A stretch of DNA of 64,000 bases, from assembly GCA_904063045.1 (NCBI GenBank), contig CAJFCJ010000001.1, positions 3,162,001 through 3,226,000 on the forward strand. Reading direction: 5' to 3'. The DNA comes from Dimorphilus gyrociliatus (Eukaryota; Animalia; Annelida). Below the pieces are notes generated by a model. It had not been told where the DNA came from, made no database searches, and saw nothing but the letters and a program-made list of their open reading frames with translations. How positions within the stretch are numbered: position 1 is the first letter of the stretch; every line of letters begins with the position of its first letter. Shown in pieces: positions 52,288 to 64,000 of this stretch. The translations under genes were made by a program, and so were the position numbers.

Positions 52288-55200
52288 CTGTTTAAAGAAG
52301 AAAGATAGCTTTGTTAAAATAACATTGAATGTAATTCAACTCTTGATTAATGAATTAGTAGATGACTTCTTGAAATATACTGTAATGTATTTAAGTGTTA
52401 GTGGTATGATAAGAACTCTTCATAGGTTGTTGTTAGACCTTTTCCAGTTCAGTTTTATTTTACTATTTATGTATATATGATCAGTACTGTATACATAGCA
52501 TATATCTTATATATACAATATATATGTATGATTTATATATTAATCTATCGCTCTTAAAGAGGATTAAAGTAAAGCTCGTTTTCTCTTGTTTCCTCATTTC
52601 TTCCTTATCAATAACCTAAAGATGTTTACCGAACTTTGTTTAATTACAAAACCATTATAGACAGCGTCTAATGAATTATGCTAATATTAAAAAGAACTTT
52701 AAGCGAGAAGACTCGAAGAAAGAGAGCGAGAGAGAGAGATGGAAAAGAGAGAAAGAGAGAGAGAGAGAAAAAAAAGAGACATATAAGCAAAAATATGCAC
52801 ACAGGAAAAAAAATGAAATTATTGAAATTCTTGTGTAATCTCTATCTTTCGTTTCCTCTTCCCTTTTCCTTTATCCTCCCCCTCCCTCTTTCTATCCAGT
52901 TATAAATATGTACAATTTATATTTTTAAAGCCGTAATTACTAAATAAAAGTACATTTTCTTAATAAATTTCTTTTTTTCACAATATAGTAGATTATTTCC
53001 CCTAAGCAACGAACCAAAAAGTGCAGCAAGTAAATTTACCATAGTAGTACAATCTGCATAATTTTCTATGAATTCTTAATTTTTCTTTATCCAAATTTCT
53101 CGCGGGAAATTCTTTTTATCATTTGTTAAAAAAAAAGAGGAACTTTTAAAGGTTCTCTCCAAGTCTTTTTGTCCTTTTCGTCTATTTTTTTCCCTTATTA
53201 ATTCTTTATTATATATAATGTATAGTATGTACATAGTATATATAATTCATTAAATAAGTAATGAGAGAAGAGAAAAATGGAGGGAAAAGAATCTCTTTTA
53301 AAATAAAATACGAAAAAAAAAAGAAAAAACAATTTGCCTCTAAACAAAAAAAATTACCGGAAAAACTGCATAACGCTCTACCCTTTGATGCTCTATTTCA
53401 TTTTGCCTATGGGCAATCCGCCATACTTATATACATTTAAAGGCATATAAATTAAAAACTTTTCCTCGCTCTTTACATCCCTCTCCTACAGCCGAGCCTT
53501 TTCCCGAAAGCGAAAGGAATCTTTAGATAACGCTTTTTCGATATTTTAAAGGCTCTTTTTTAAGTTACTACAAACTATATAGAAAGGTCATTGTACTATT
53601 AAAAATAAATCTGTACAACAGTAAAGATAGTTGAAAATAAAAATAAAAAACATGCCGTGTCTACAATGTTTTTTTTTTTTTTTTTTTTTGGAGTTTGCCG
53701 TAAGAACTGACGCCTTAGCTATTTTATGCTTCTCAATGCCGTAATTTACAGTTTTTGTGTAGCAATCATTTACATAAGCTTTTTCAGCAGTGGTACAGTG
53801 AAATTCCGGTAGGATTCGATGAGGTTTTACACTTGTCTGCGACTAAACTAAACGAGGTGGTGTCAGGAAACGTCCGTTGAGAATTATAAAAAATCATAAA
53901 ACAAGCAGCAAACTAGAGTCCCTATTTCTTATGGTTTTTATTCTAAAGGCAATTCTTCTAATGCTATTTATCTTCTCTTTTTAATTTACGAAAAATTAAC
54001 GTAGCTGTTACAAATTAAAAATTATATAGAAACATAAATAATCTGCTCTCTCTCTCTCTCACTGTCTCTTCTTTTATCTTGAATCATTCTCATTTGATTT
54101 AGACTCCATTATTTTCTTTCTTGTGTTTTTATAATAAAAAAGAAAACACTTCTCAGTTAGTAAGAAAAGGATATCTGAAACAGAAGAGGGAGAAGCAGTG
54201 GAATTAACATTAGTGAGAACAAGTGGGGAAGAAAGAGAGAGAAAGAGAGCGAGAGAGAGAGAGAGGGAGAATATCTGAAAAAGCTTCAGGCGTTGAGAGC
54301 ATTTAACCATTTTGATAGAAGGTGAAAAATATAACGAATACATTTCTTACTGATCAAGATTAAAGAAATTCATGCCAAAATTTTTCCAAGTCGAAGGATA
54401 GAAAAAGGGAAAAGAGAGAAAAGATTTTCCCTTTATTATTTTTTTCCCATTGATCGAAAATCAAGCTTTTTCCATTATTTTATTCTCTTCCTTATTCATA
54501 AAATATAAAATGAGATAGTACAAAAGAAATTATTCGTTATGCCTTATTTCCGGCAATTGAAGGATAAAAAATTTTAATTCCTATCATATCTCTTATTGTC
54601 TCTACTTATCTAGTCTATAACTTCCTATGTCTTCTCTGTAACATTTATATACAGATACATACGCTTATATAATCTTTATAGATCATTTTTTTTTACAATG
54701 ATATGTAAATTCTTTTCTTCTTCTCTTTCTATCATCTACTACCTTCCATCTCTTCTACCTTCTTATCCTCCCACTCATCTGCATCCTCGTACTTGAACTC
54801 TCATTTTTAAGCCTAGTACTTAAAGCCTATTATTTCTCTAGTTTGTTTTACTTACTACTAGCTAGTTAGAGATTACACGTGGACAGAGATGTATATATGT
54901 ACATATAGTAGATATATACTGTAGATATATCCAGTATATATATATATATATATAATATGAAGGAAAAATTGATAAGAACGTTTGCAATATGCGACGCAGA
55001 CGCAGTCAGGTCAATAGACACAAATGAATTTAACCGATCGATCTGACGAGGCCTCGCGTCGTTTTCGAGGCGTTTTTTTCTATCTCAACTGGAAAATTGG
55101 TAAAAAATTGACCTACCTGTTGACCTAATGAGGTTAGGCATGTAATCAAGCCAGAAGACGCATCTCTTAAGCCTGAGGCCTCTATACTGAGCTTTATAAT

Positions 55201-58200
55201 ATTCTTTACTTTTATTATTATCCGGTGTAAGTAAGTTCAATTCCAGGTATTGCTTTGTTTTTGCCTTATACGATGGCCATAGCTTTCCTCCTAGGCGTCT
55301 CTCATTTTTATATCTCAAATTCGGATCTCTAAAGAGGATAAAGAAAATTGTATCATTAAGTAGCGGTAATAAAAGAAACATGCATAAAAAGAAGGTAGCG
55401 CGAGTTTAACGTAGAGGTATAGACTCAGGTATGAGTGAGAATAAACTATTACAAATGAAAGACAAGAGAGGAATGAATGGGCAGAAAACACTCAAAAAGG
55501 ATTAAAAGCGAAATAGAGGTTAAGAAGACGAAGAGAACAAAATACCTTTTTAAAAAAAACAGCTTCTAATTTAATTTAAAGAAAGATGGACGAAATGATA
55601 AGAGACAGTATTTGGGGAAGGAAGGGGAGGGGGGATGTTTAATAGGAAAAAGTACTTAATAATAACAAATAGATCTTTACTAAAGTAATAAAACAGTTTA
55701 TAAACTCTAGACAGAGAAAACGGGAAAAATTTCCGTCAATCGCATCAATAATGCAATTAAAATCAATAACTTCACTTGCGATAACCGTTCGATTTCATCT
55801 TTTGAGGGAAAAAAAGAGGCCGGATTAATTGTTTTCATCGGCTTAAACGATATATTCCGAATATAGATAATTATACCACAGCGGACAAGGGGAATTTGTG
55901 CACTTAAAAAATTATTTGGCCTATATTCCTCAATAGAAGACATAGAAAGAGTACAGTTTATATCTGGAATTAATATAGGAATTTATTATTGATTAATATC
56001 ATCTATACTATCTATCAAATTGGTTTTTCCTATTTCATACAAGTTTCTCTTCATTCCTGCTGAGATGTATGGAGTGATTGTCCTTTTAAATATTCATCGG
56101 TACTTGAAAGAATATTCGCCAGAGAATAAACCCTGATTGGCTATAAGTGGCGTCCAATTACTTTCAAACAAATTTTTAAACAAATTATCAAGTATGGCTC
56201 CCAAACGATTTAATGTGGCTACAGGTTCCTATCAAATTATCTCTTGATTCTCATCTATTTTTAATATTCTGGGAGATAGATTATTGAAAGGTGAATTCAT
56301 TCAGTAATTATTTCTACTTGTCGATTCTCTTTATCGAATAATTTAACGTTTGCATGGACCGAACAGAGAAAACATGGAAAACTATAACTGAAATGAATAT
56401 AGTAAAGCTGGAAAACATCGAAACGACATCGATAGCGTCGATATTCACGTTCTTGTCAATCAATTAGCGCTCTTCGAGCGGATAAGATAAGGTTCGATCG
56501 ACTTCGATGATTGTGTTTTGTTCATTTGTTTATTGATCTTTGTATTTTCTAACCCTATTCTCAATTTTTTACATATTGAATATTGTTATTCCTTTTGATT
56601 CGTTTTTAAATGTCAGAGAACTAAGAAATTCCGCTAAGAGTCTCATCCTATCTTTTTTATTTATCTTGTATTCTTCCCACTCTCCCTCTCTCTATTTCCC
56701 TCTGGTTCCTTTCTCAACCCTCTTTTCTCTCAACCCCTTCTCACTGGTGCACACATACATACTTCTACACAGTTATATCTCTTTGCTGACTCTCCCTGTT
56801 CCCTTGTATATTTTATTAGTTCTATCTAAAATATACACACTATACAGTATATAAAGTATATATACATATATATTCTTGGCCTATCTAACTTTTCTCTCTC
56901 TCTCAAAACCCTCCTTTCCCGCCCTCCTCCCTTCTCTCTTCACGCATACACTTTCTATTTGTGTATATGTTCTACTTATACACTAAGTTACGAACCAGCT
57001 CAACTGTTAAAGTATACGTTTTCGTAGAAACAAACGTTTGTATAAGTTCATAGTCGTATCAAGAGGTTTACTGGTTTTTACTTTCTTCTTTCTTGATTAA
57101 TCTTCGATCGGTCTCGATTTTTCTACTAGCATATCAAGCAAAGAAAAAACAGAAGAAAGAAAAGAGTGTAAGGGGTGGGGGTGGGGGGGGGGGGAAAGAC
57201 ATAGAGAATGAGAGACAGACAGGGGGAGGAGGGGAGGGGGCAAATGGGAATGAGAATATTGGGGAGCAAGAGAGAGAACAAATAAGTATTAATGATAAAT
57301 TGTTCTATCTTAAATACAAGGCCCTTTTTCTCTCAATTACAATTATTTACCATTTACAACTTTCCTCCCCCTTCTCAACTAATTGATAGTTTTTCGAAAG
57401 AGGTAAAATTGAATGAAATAAAAAGAGTAATAGAATTAAACAACTAGTTTGCTGGTCAAATTTACTAAAAATTAGAAGAGAAATAATCAAATTTCATATT
57501 AAGGGAGTTTTTCACTTTTGCACTTGATGCATGTCTTATATTCTTTCTCTCTTTTCTCTCTTTCTGACACTCCGACTTCTTTTAACCAAAAAAATTTTAG
57601 AATCGATATTTTTTCAAAAATCTTCTATTTTTATATAGTAAAAAACAAAAAAGGGGTGTATAGAAAAAAATCAAAGGACAACGAGCAAGGCCTTGCAGTG
57701 CAAAATCCATATGATTGCAGTATAAACATATTGATAGAATTATATATGTGTATTATTAGGATAAATTCAATTGAGTGTCTGCAATTAATTGCTCTTCTGC
57801 ATAGAGTGCCTTGGAATTGAGCGATATATTTTTCATCTACGCCTGGATTTTAATCAAATTGACCTCATCTTATTAAAACCCTGTTAATTACGGACTCTTT
57901 TTGCCACTTAACTAGAGTTAAGACTCTCCTTCAATGATGTAAAGTGTTTTCAACTTCCAAGACACTTTGCTCAATCGAGTTAAAAGGAGAAAAATAAAAG
58001 TAAAAAGGATAAAATGTGTATAGTATTATGCAGTTATTGGAAAACTGCAGACCGATAGAGTATTAAAAGATCTGGAAACTATTTAATAACGCTAATTAAT
58101 GTAATATTCCGGTCTTAATAATTTTAAATCTTTCCTAATTGAGCATAATTGAGAAACTCCTGCGGAGACAACTAAAGCCGAAGCTCGTTTGTCCTTCTAT

Positions 58201-61135
58201 CAGAACGTAAAAATAGCGCAATTTATTGAGGGCGATAGGTAGAGAAGAAGAGAGAAGGTGGAGGAGGAGGTGGGGGAGGAGGATGAGTAATGGAGAAAAA
58301 ATAGATGAGAAATGATTAAATAGTCCTAGCAGTAGGAAATGGATAAGATTATCAGCAGAAAATGTTATTCTCTTTATTTAATTATTTTCCAATAGTTTCT
58401 CTTATCTAATTTCATTTCTACTAATTTGTGTCCGACCAAAAAGAACATTTGGTTCTAATTAATTCTTTAAGAGCTTGTCGTTTTACAAAGTTATCTTTAC
58501 TTCTGCTCTTTATCATTCAAAAAATTTTTCCGATATAGATTAACCAATCAACTTTGAACATCCATTTTTATATTGGAAAATAGGAGCATTTTCATATTGA
58601 TTTATTCGGGTACTCTATGTTTTTGCTATAATAAATCAATACTTTTTATCGTTTTCAGAAAAAGTAGATTAGATCATTAAGTGTGACACATTAATTAGTT
58701 TGTACCTTTCATATGTTGTACCTAAAAAATAATACCACCTCCCTCGTTTCCCTTTTATCACCAATCTCTATTGTAAATTATAGAGTACAGCTAAACATAA
58801 AGTTATACTTGATCAACTTATGTTTTCTCCTTTTTCTTGTTTAGAGTATTTATACTCTTAAAGGATAGATGAAGGGGGGGAGGAGTAGGCGTAAAGAAAA
58901 CAGAGTAAAAAGAGCAGGGATGAGAAGAGAAAGACAAAGGAGGATAAAGAAACAAGAAAATAGGATACATGGAATAGCATGTATGTACAGTTTATATATA
59001 TATATATATAAATTTATATATACTGTATATAAAGTATACTATATTTGTATATTTACCCTGATTTTGCAAAGTTAACCCATAATCTTCCCATTAACATAGA
59101 CAAATCTCTTTCTTTTTTGCTAAATTCAAATTTCGGATACCTTTTCAATGGTTCGCCAAAAATAAATAAAATTTCATCGCCGTGCAAGGCTCCCATCCAT
59201 TTTGGCCATGGATTATTATCGAATCGATGAGTGTAGTAATAATAATAAACTCGTTGGCCAGCTTTATCGTAATAATCTCCAAATTGATTGACATAACATA
59301 CAAATTGATGGTCTGAAACGGCGGCATCCAAGCTCGCCAAGTTCGCCTCAGTATCGTCGTAATTGGCGTGATGAGCATATTGAAAATGAATTGCGTCTAA
59401 TCCAAAGCTATTGATTCTCATTGGATATTGAGGAAAGTATTCAAACAGCTTCCTCAAACCACTTTTATAAGTAGATGAATCCATTGTAGAATAGGTCAAA
59501 TTAATCCAATTGCTAAGTTCATAAATCATAAAGAAACTGGCTTCATTGGCATTTGATCCCAGAATAATTGGGCATTTCTTAAAACTTCCGTGAAAAAGCG
59601 AAGAATTAGGATGTTCGGTTAGGAAAACACCATCTATAACAGGTATAAAAGGAAATTGCATTATTCCTCTAGAAACTCCTAGCCATTGTCTTTCAATAAG
59701 ATATTCATAACTTTGATTTTTTAAGCATTGTACAATATAATCTACGGGCGTATTGGAAGACTTTTTGCAACCGACCAATTTGGCGAAATGTTTCGCTCTA
59801 GCATGCGCCTGTTCTATCGTGAGGGTTGCCCAAGGCATATTGGCAGTTCCAGATTGCATAATTGCTCTATTAAACAAATTCCAGGAATGAGATGACAAAA
59901 GGTGCATGGACACCGATACAGAGCCAGCCGATTCACCGAATAACGTTACGTTCTTTGGATCTCCACCGAAAGCTGAAATGTGCTGCTGAACCCATTTAAG
60001 GGCTACTCTCTGATCAAATAAACCAACGTTAGCTGGTGTATCTTTATGAGGCAAATGCATAAAACCAAGCGCTCCTACTCTATAATTTATTGAGACGACA
60101 ATAATATCCTGTTCAGCCGCTAATATCCTACCATTATAAAGAGGTAAACTAGTTGTACCACCATAAAACCCTCCACCGTATATCCAGACCATTACGCCCG
60201 CCTTTGTAAGACGTCTCCTGGGTCGTACTGGCCTCCAGATGTTCAGATAGAGGCAGTCTTCATCCATATTCGCTTTATCAGGATTCCACATATCGGATCC
60301 TGGAAAACTGCCGAATACTTCGTCCATTGTTTGAGGACATGACGCTGGAAGACGATTGGCCTTGAATGGCTTCACCCATTTATGATCCCAGGGTATGGGC
60401 ATCCTGAAACGAAGATCACCCACTGGGGGTTTTGCGTATGGTATCCCGAGAAAAGCATCCACCTGCTTTCCGCCAAGGTTTTTCAGTGTATGTCGAGCAC
60501 CATGAATTTTACCGAGGTTATGTAACCTAGTAAAATTTTGCGGATGAAAGGAATATAAGGGATCTAAAAGATCTTTACTATTATTATTATTAAATGCTTT
60601 ATTATTAATACTATTAAACTTTTAACTTAAAAAAGTCTTCCTTACAATTTTCGACGTTTTAGTATATCTTTTCGCTTTTCATTAACTTGCCTAGTGCCTA
60701 GAATGCCAATGACGGCCTTGTGTGAGTTAAACCAGGCAGCTGGGAATCAAATAACAAAATATACTGATCTAGTGCTAGTTGCCTTGTCATGCTATACAAT
60801 ATTTGAATTTTCATTATATATATATAATCTTCATGCAAATTAAGTAATCATAAAGTAAAAGTTTAAACTTTTTATGTATTAACTAAAGCAAAGAAGGAAG
60901 AACATTTGTTATTCATTTTATAGAAAAAAAAGAAGAAAAAGTAAAAGAAAAAGAAAAACTTGGACAACTTTTAACCGTTTTAAATACTGTAAATTAAGAA
61001 TAGAAGATGGGTTGATTTGTTTCTTTTAAATCCTTATATTTATTCCACCCACAACCTGACGGAAAAAGAACTTCGATGTTGTCTTCCCAAAGCCAAAGCG
61101 AACAAAAGCAGTAATCTTGCAGCTAAGTCACTCAT
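52178..61135 (-). CDS. ace: Acetylcholinesterase, T (tailed) type, ~623 aa, 4 coding exons
   Basis: Exons 61135-61056 (signal peptide), 60526-59057, 55328-55117 and 52287-52178 total 1872 nt in frame. Motifs: FLGIPYA, WNP (W84), EDCLYLN, YGGGFY oxyanion hole, FGESAG (S200), NEASFF (E327), LHGDEI (H440), six disulfide Cys. Confidence 0.96.
55117..55328 (-). CDS. ace: AChE exon GDPN...CVFWLDYMPNLIRST
   Basis: ctctttag| acceptor, phase 2; donor G|GTAGGT, phase 1; same boundaries as the penultimate exon of vertebrate cholinesterases. Confidence 0.93.
59057..60526 (-). CDS. ace: AChE main catalytic exon (1470 nt)
   Basis: ORF-track 469 aa ORF extended upstream to the ttttactag| acceptor; ends FAKSG with donor GG|GTAAAT. 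Confidence 0.97.
61056..61135 (-). CDS. ace: AChE signal-peptide exon
   Basis: MSDLAARLLLLFALALGRQHRSSFSV; phase 2 donor AG|GTTGTG (alternative TT|GTGGGT) matches the phase 2 acceptor at 60527. Confidence 0.8.
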
Positions 61136-61259
61136 GACTGATCGGATAGAGAAAATTTTCTCATTTATAATTCTCTTCTTTTTAATAATTCCGAAAGTGA
61201 TATCTCCTTGATAAGATAGGCGCAAACCCAACTGAAAGTTATAACTGAATGTTTCATGC

Positions 61260-61460
61260 ACACATGCGCCGAGATTGAGCGACGAATGAAGATCTCGGCG
61301 AGAGGGCTCGAGATCGATTCAGTCACGTGATCAACCGACTAATTGGCCTTAAAGAGGCGTCGAATCGCCTATTTTATAGACGGCAGTGCTCTGAAATCTC
61401 AAGGCGATCGAGGCGTCCGGAAGAGGATAATTATCCGCCTAATAAAACGCGCACCCTATC
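61260..61460 (-). promoter_or_regulatory. CpG-rich candidate AChE promoter
   Basis: CpG-dense island just upstream of the ATG, with E-box TCACGTGA (61323-61330), CCAAT on the minus strand (~61342-61346), two GGCGTC sites and a 9-bp inverted repeat (61267-61275 / 61292-61300). Confidence 0.45.
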
Positions 61461-62717
61461 GGACTGCCCTTTGATAGTTCTTTAGCTGATTACGTGATTC
61501 GAATTGTTTTTTTCTGCAGTAAGATCGCTGAGGAATTGAGGATTGGAACATTTTTTTTTATCTTGTTTATTTTTTACTCTTTCTTCTTTTCATCTATCGA
61601 TATAGCGCCATCTTGAGTTATTGCGTGATTAAGTTGAATTTTGAAAAATAGACGCCTTACTGCGTAAACGATTTCTGATTGTGATGGGGTGTTCATAATT
61701 AATACGAACACGCTGGTAGTGTTATGATTTTTTTCCATACCGTTATTATCAACATTAGTTTATAGTTTAATTTGTCTTTTCGTTACATATTGCGACCTTT
61801 CTTCTATCTTCTGCCAATTAGCGATGGAATTTAAAAACGGGATAATGAAAGCGATATTTTCCATAGAAAAACCCTATACAAAACAATAGATTGAGCGTCT
61901 AAAATTTTATTTTTTCTATACCTAGACGTCTAGATAAAAAATATCTTCTTCGACGGATGTTTACATAACCCCTTCTATACAATATATTCAGTATATCCTA
62001 TATATCTATTATATTTATCCCATTTCCTTGATTAATACTCAAATAGGTTTGTCTAACACCTACGCAAATCTATAGGATTTGTAGTAAATTGTAAGCTCAT
62101 TAAGGTCGGTAACCCTTAATTAAGCAAAATTTCCTTTATATGTAAATAGTTAGTGTTTAGAATGGTAAAGCTAGTTGAACTAAAGGGATATTTATCGTAC
62201 GCCTACTTAACTATCTAACTCTACGTTAAATTAAAATATTTCTATGATAAAGTTCTTCTATCTGAAAGATTTCTTTTAATTTATTCATAAGAGAATTTCT
62301 CTTTCAATTCAACTTGAATGGATGCACTGGAGTTAATGTGTGGGAGATCTATAGAATTAGGTATACACGGTATATATATTAGTATGCAGTATATATATTC
62401 TGACATATAGTATATATATTTATGTATGTCATATGAGAATATCACGCAATAAATGAGTGTTTTCATGACTGAAGAGAATCAAGTTTTTCCTTATTATTCC
62501 ATGTATTATCAGCATCCGATTCGGCTCTTAATCCTATAACTGGTGTTGATATCTTCCGTATAAAAGTCGCTTTTTTCACAAGTAAAATTACATTTTTTTC
62601 GTCTTTTTCAAAGGGAACTTTGTCTTCCTCTTAAGTATTAACTTGTGTATAGAAACAATAGAGAAAGACGCATACAGGGACAGAGCAAGCGAGAGAGAGA
62701 GAGAGGCGAAAGAACAG

Positions 62718-62758
<41 letters not shown>
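62718..62758. repeat. (GATA)7+ microsatellite
   Basis: Read directly. Confidence 0.9.
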
Positions 62759-64000
62759 AATAGTATGATTATTTTACAGTGTTTTATTGTTATAATTTAA
62801 AAGAGATAGCGGCTTATTGTGTTTAATTTGTCTGAATTGATGGGTAAGACGAAAAGTAGTATTTTCGGTATTTAGTGCATCTTTTCTGACCCAGGATCAT
62901 TAATAGTTTGCAAACGCGCTTATATGCATTAATTAGAAAGTCGATCAAAGCTACTAAGATCAATAGGACTTTGATCTTAATGAATATTAAATCCTTTCTA
63001 CAAAAAATTTGTGGACCGAAGTGTATTTGTAGGCCTAAACGATCACTGACCAGATAAATTGAATATATGAATCCAGTTTGTTGTCTTTTATTCCCCTTTT
63101 CCTCTTTATTTAAAGCCCCTAGTTCTTTTCATTTCTTTTTTTTCTTCTTGTATTGAGAACGTTATGGTACAGTTTCCATACTTGATAATAAATATTGGCA
63201 TTAATTGAATATCTTTATTCTTGATTGTTTGATTTTGAACTGCTTTTCCTTTATTGTTTAAAGAAGAGAATAGAAAGTTAGAATATCTCTTTTTCTTCTA
63301 TTAATAATGTAATGAGAAGTGAAGTTTTTATTATCTATTTTTCTTCTATATAGTAATAAATATATATATAAACGTTTGTTTAAAGGGTCAAATTACATTG
63401 GTATTAAAATAATTACTGTAATTTTTATTAATGTTATTGATAATAAAAGCAAGCATGGAAACTGCTGTGATCCAAATTACACTATTGAATATAATGTAAA
63501 AAAATATTCAATTATATTCGATTTCGAATGTATTTCTCCCTTATGAGGAGAATCGATAAATTGAATAGAAAGTAAGCATGAAAGAAAGAGAGATTGAGAC
63601 TTATCGAGAAATGAGGTAGTTCTATTAATGTGTATAATTATCTACGGTAGATGGAGAAAGTGTTGCAAAGTTGAGGGAGTAGAAATGAGCCTAAGTTATT
63701 ACTTCTTTTTAAACGAGATGGCGTTACTTAAAAGTTATCATCTGTTAACACTTTTCTTTTGATTTTTCGCTTTGCACCAACCTTAATCGACTAATGTAAC
63801 TATCGCTAGTTAACCTTCAAAACCTGCAAATACTAGATAATGAATCATTTTATATTAACTATTGGCCATTCTACAAACAGTTATTTACCCTGGTACCAGG
63901 CATTGAGTTGAAGGTTACATGTTTTCGGTGTTACTAAAATAAAATTGATAAACTTAATCCTAAAATGAAAACCACAAAAAACACCAGAGGTAAAGAGGAA

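Noticed and set aside
53489-53518. GAAA-tetraloop hairpin on the plus strand
   Set aside because: Short, antisense to AChE and with no supporting RNA-gene features.
59045-59378. Two short ORFs overlapping the AChE exon
   Set aside because: Antisense and off-frame shadows of the AChE CDS.
60527-60565. Alternative AChE acceptor at 60564 giving a DPL-like start
   Set aside because: Needs a phase 1 donor; the donors after the signal peptide are phase 2 and fit 60527.
63340-63510. Minus-strand hydrophobic stretch resembling DEG/ENaC TM1
   Set aside because: Bounded by stops, no splice sites in phase, and AT-rich composition explains it.

Overview
AT-rich eukaryotic animal DNA (roughly 70-75% AT by eye), rich in TA/GA microsatellites. 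It is most likely a protostome/spiralian, inferred from the two-zinc-finger muscleblind, the pedal-peptide-type neuropeptide and miR-2 K-box sites. I reconstructed four spliced genes by hand. (1) muscleblind, minus strand: 8 coding exons (11149-24849, ~365 aa), a leader exon near 27.4 kb and a probable long 3' UTR down to ~8 kb. (2) A pedal-peptide/orcokinin-type neuropeptide precursor, plus strand, 39608-41442, 133 aa. (3) A secreted alpha-carbonic anhydrase, minus strand, 7 exons, 43737-44960. It is absent from the ORF track, keeps its Zn ligands and splice sites, but has one in-frame TGA inside a quasi-palindrome. (4) An acetylcholinesterase, minus strand, 4 coding exons, 52178-61135, ~623 aa, ending in a cysteine-less WAT/T-peptide. 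The richest unexplained signal is post-transcriptional. YGCY (Muscleblind-type) clusters sit on the sense strand in the mbl leader exon, before its KKRP exon, in its distal 3' region and downstream of the AChE stop, and the distal mbl 3' region carries a dense hub of conserved miRNA seed sites. No tRNA, rRNA, CRISPR array or intact transposon was recognised. Most ORFs in the supplied track are microsatellite or antisense noise. All coordinates and motif counts were made by eye and need computational confirmation.
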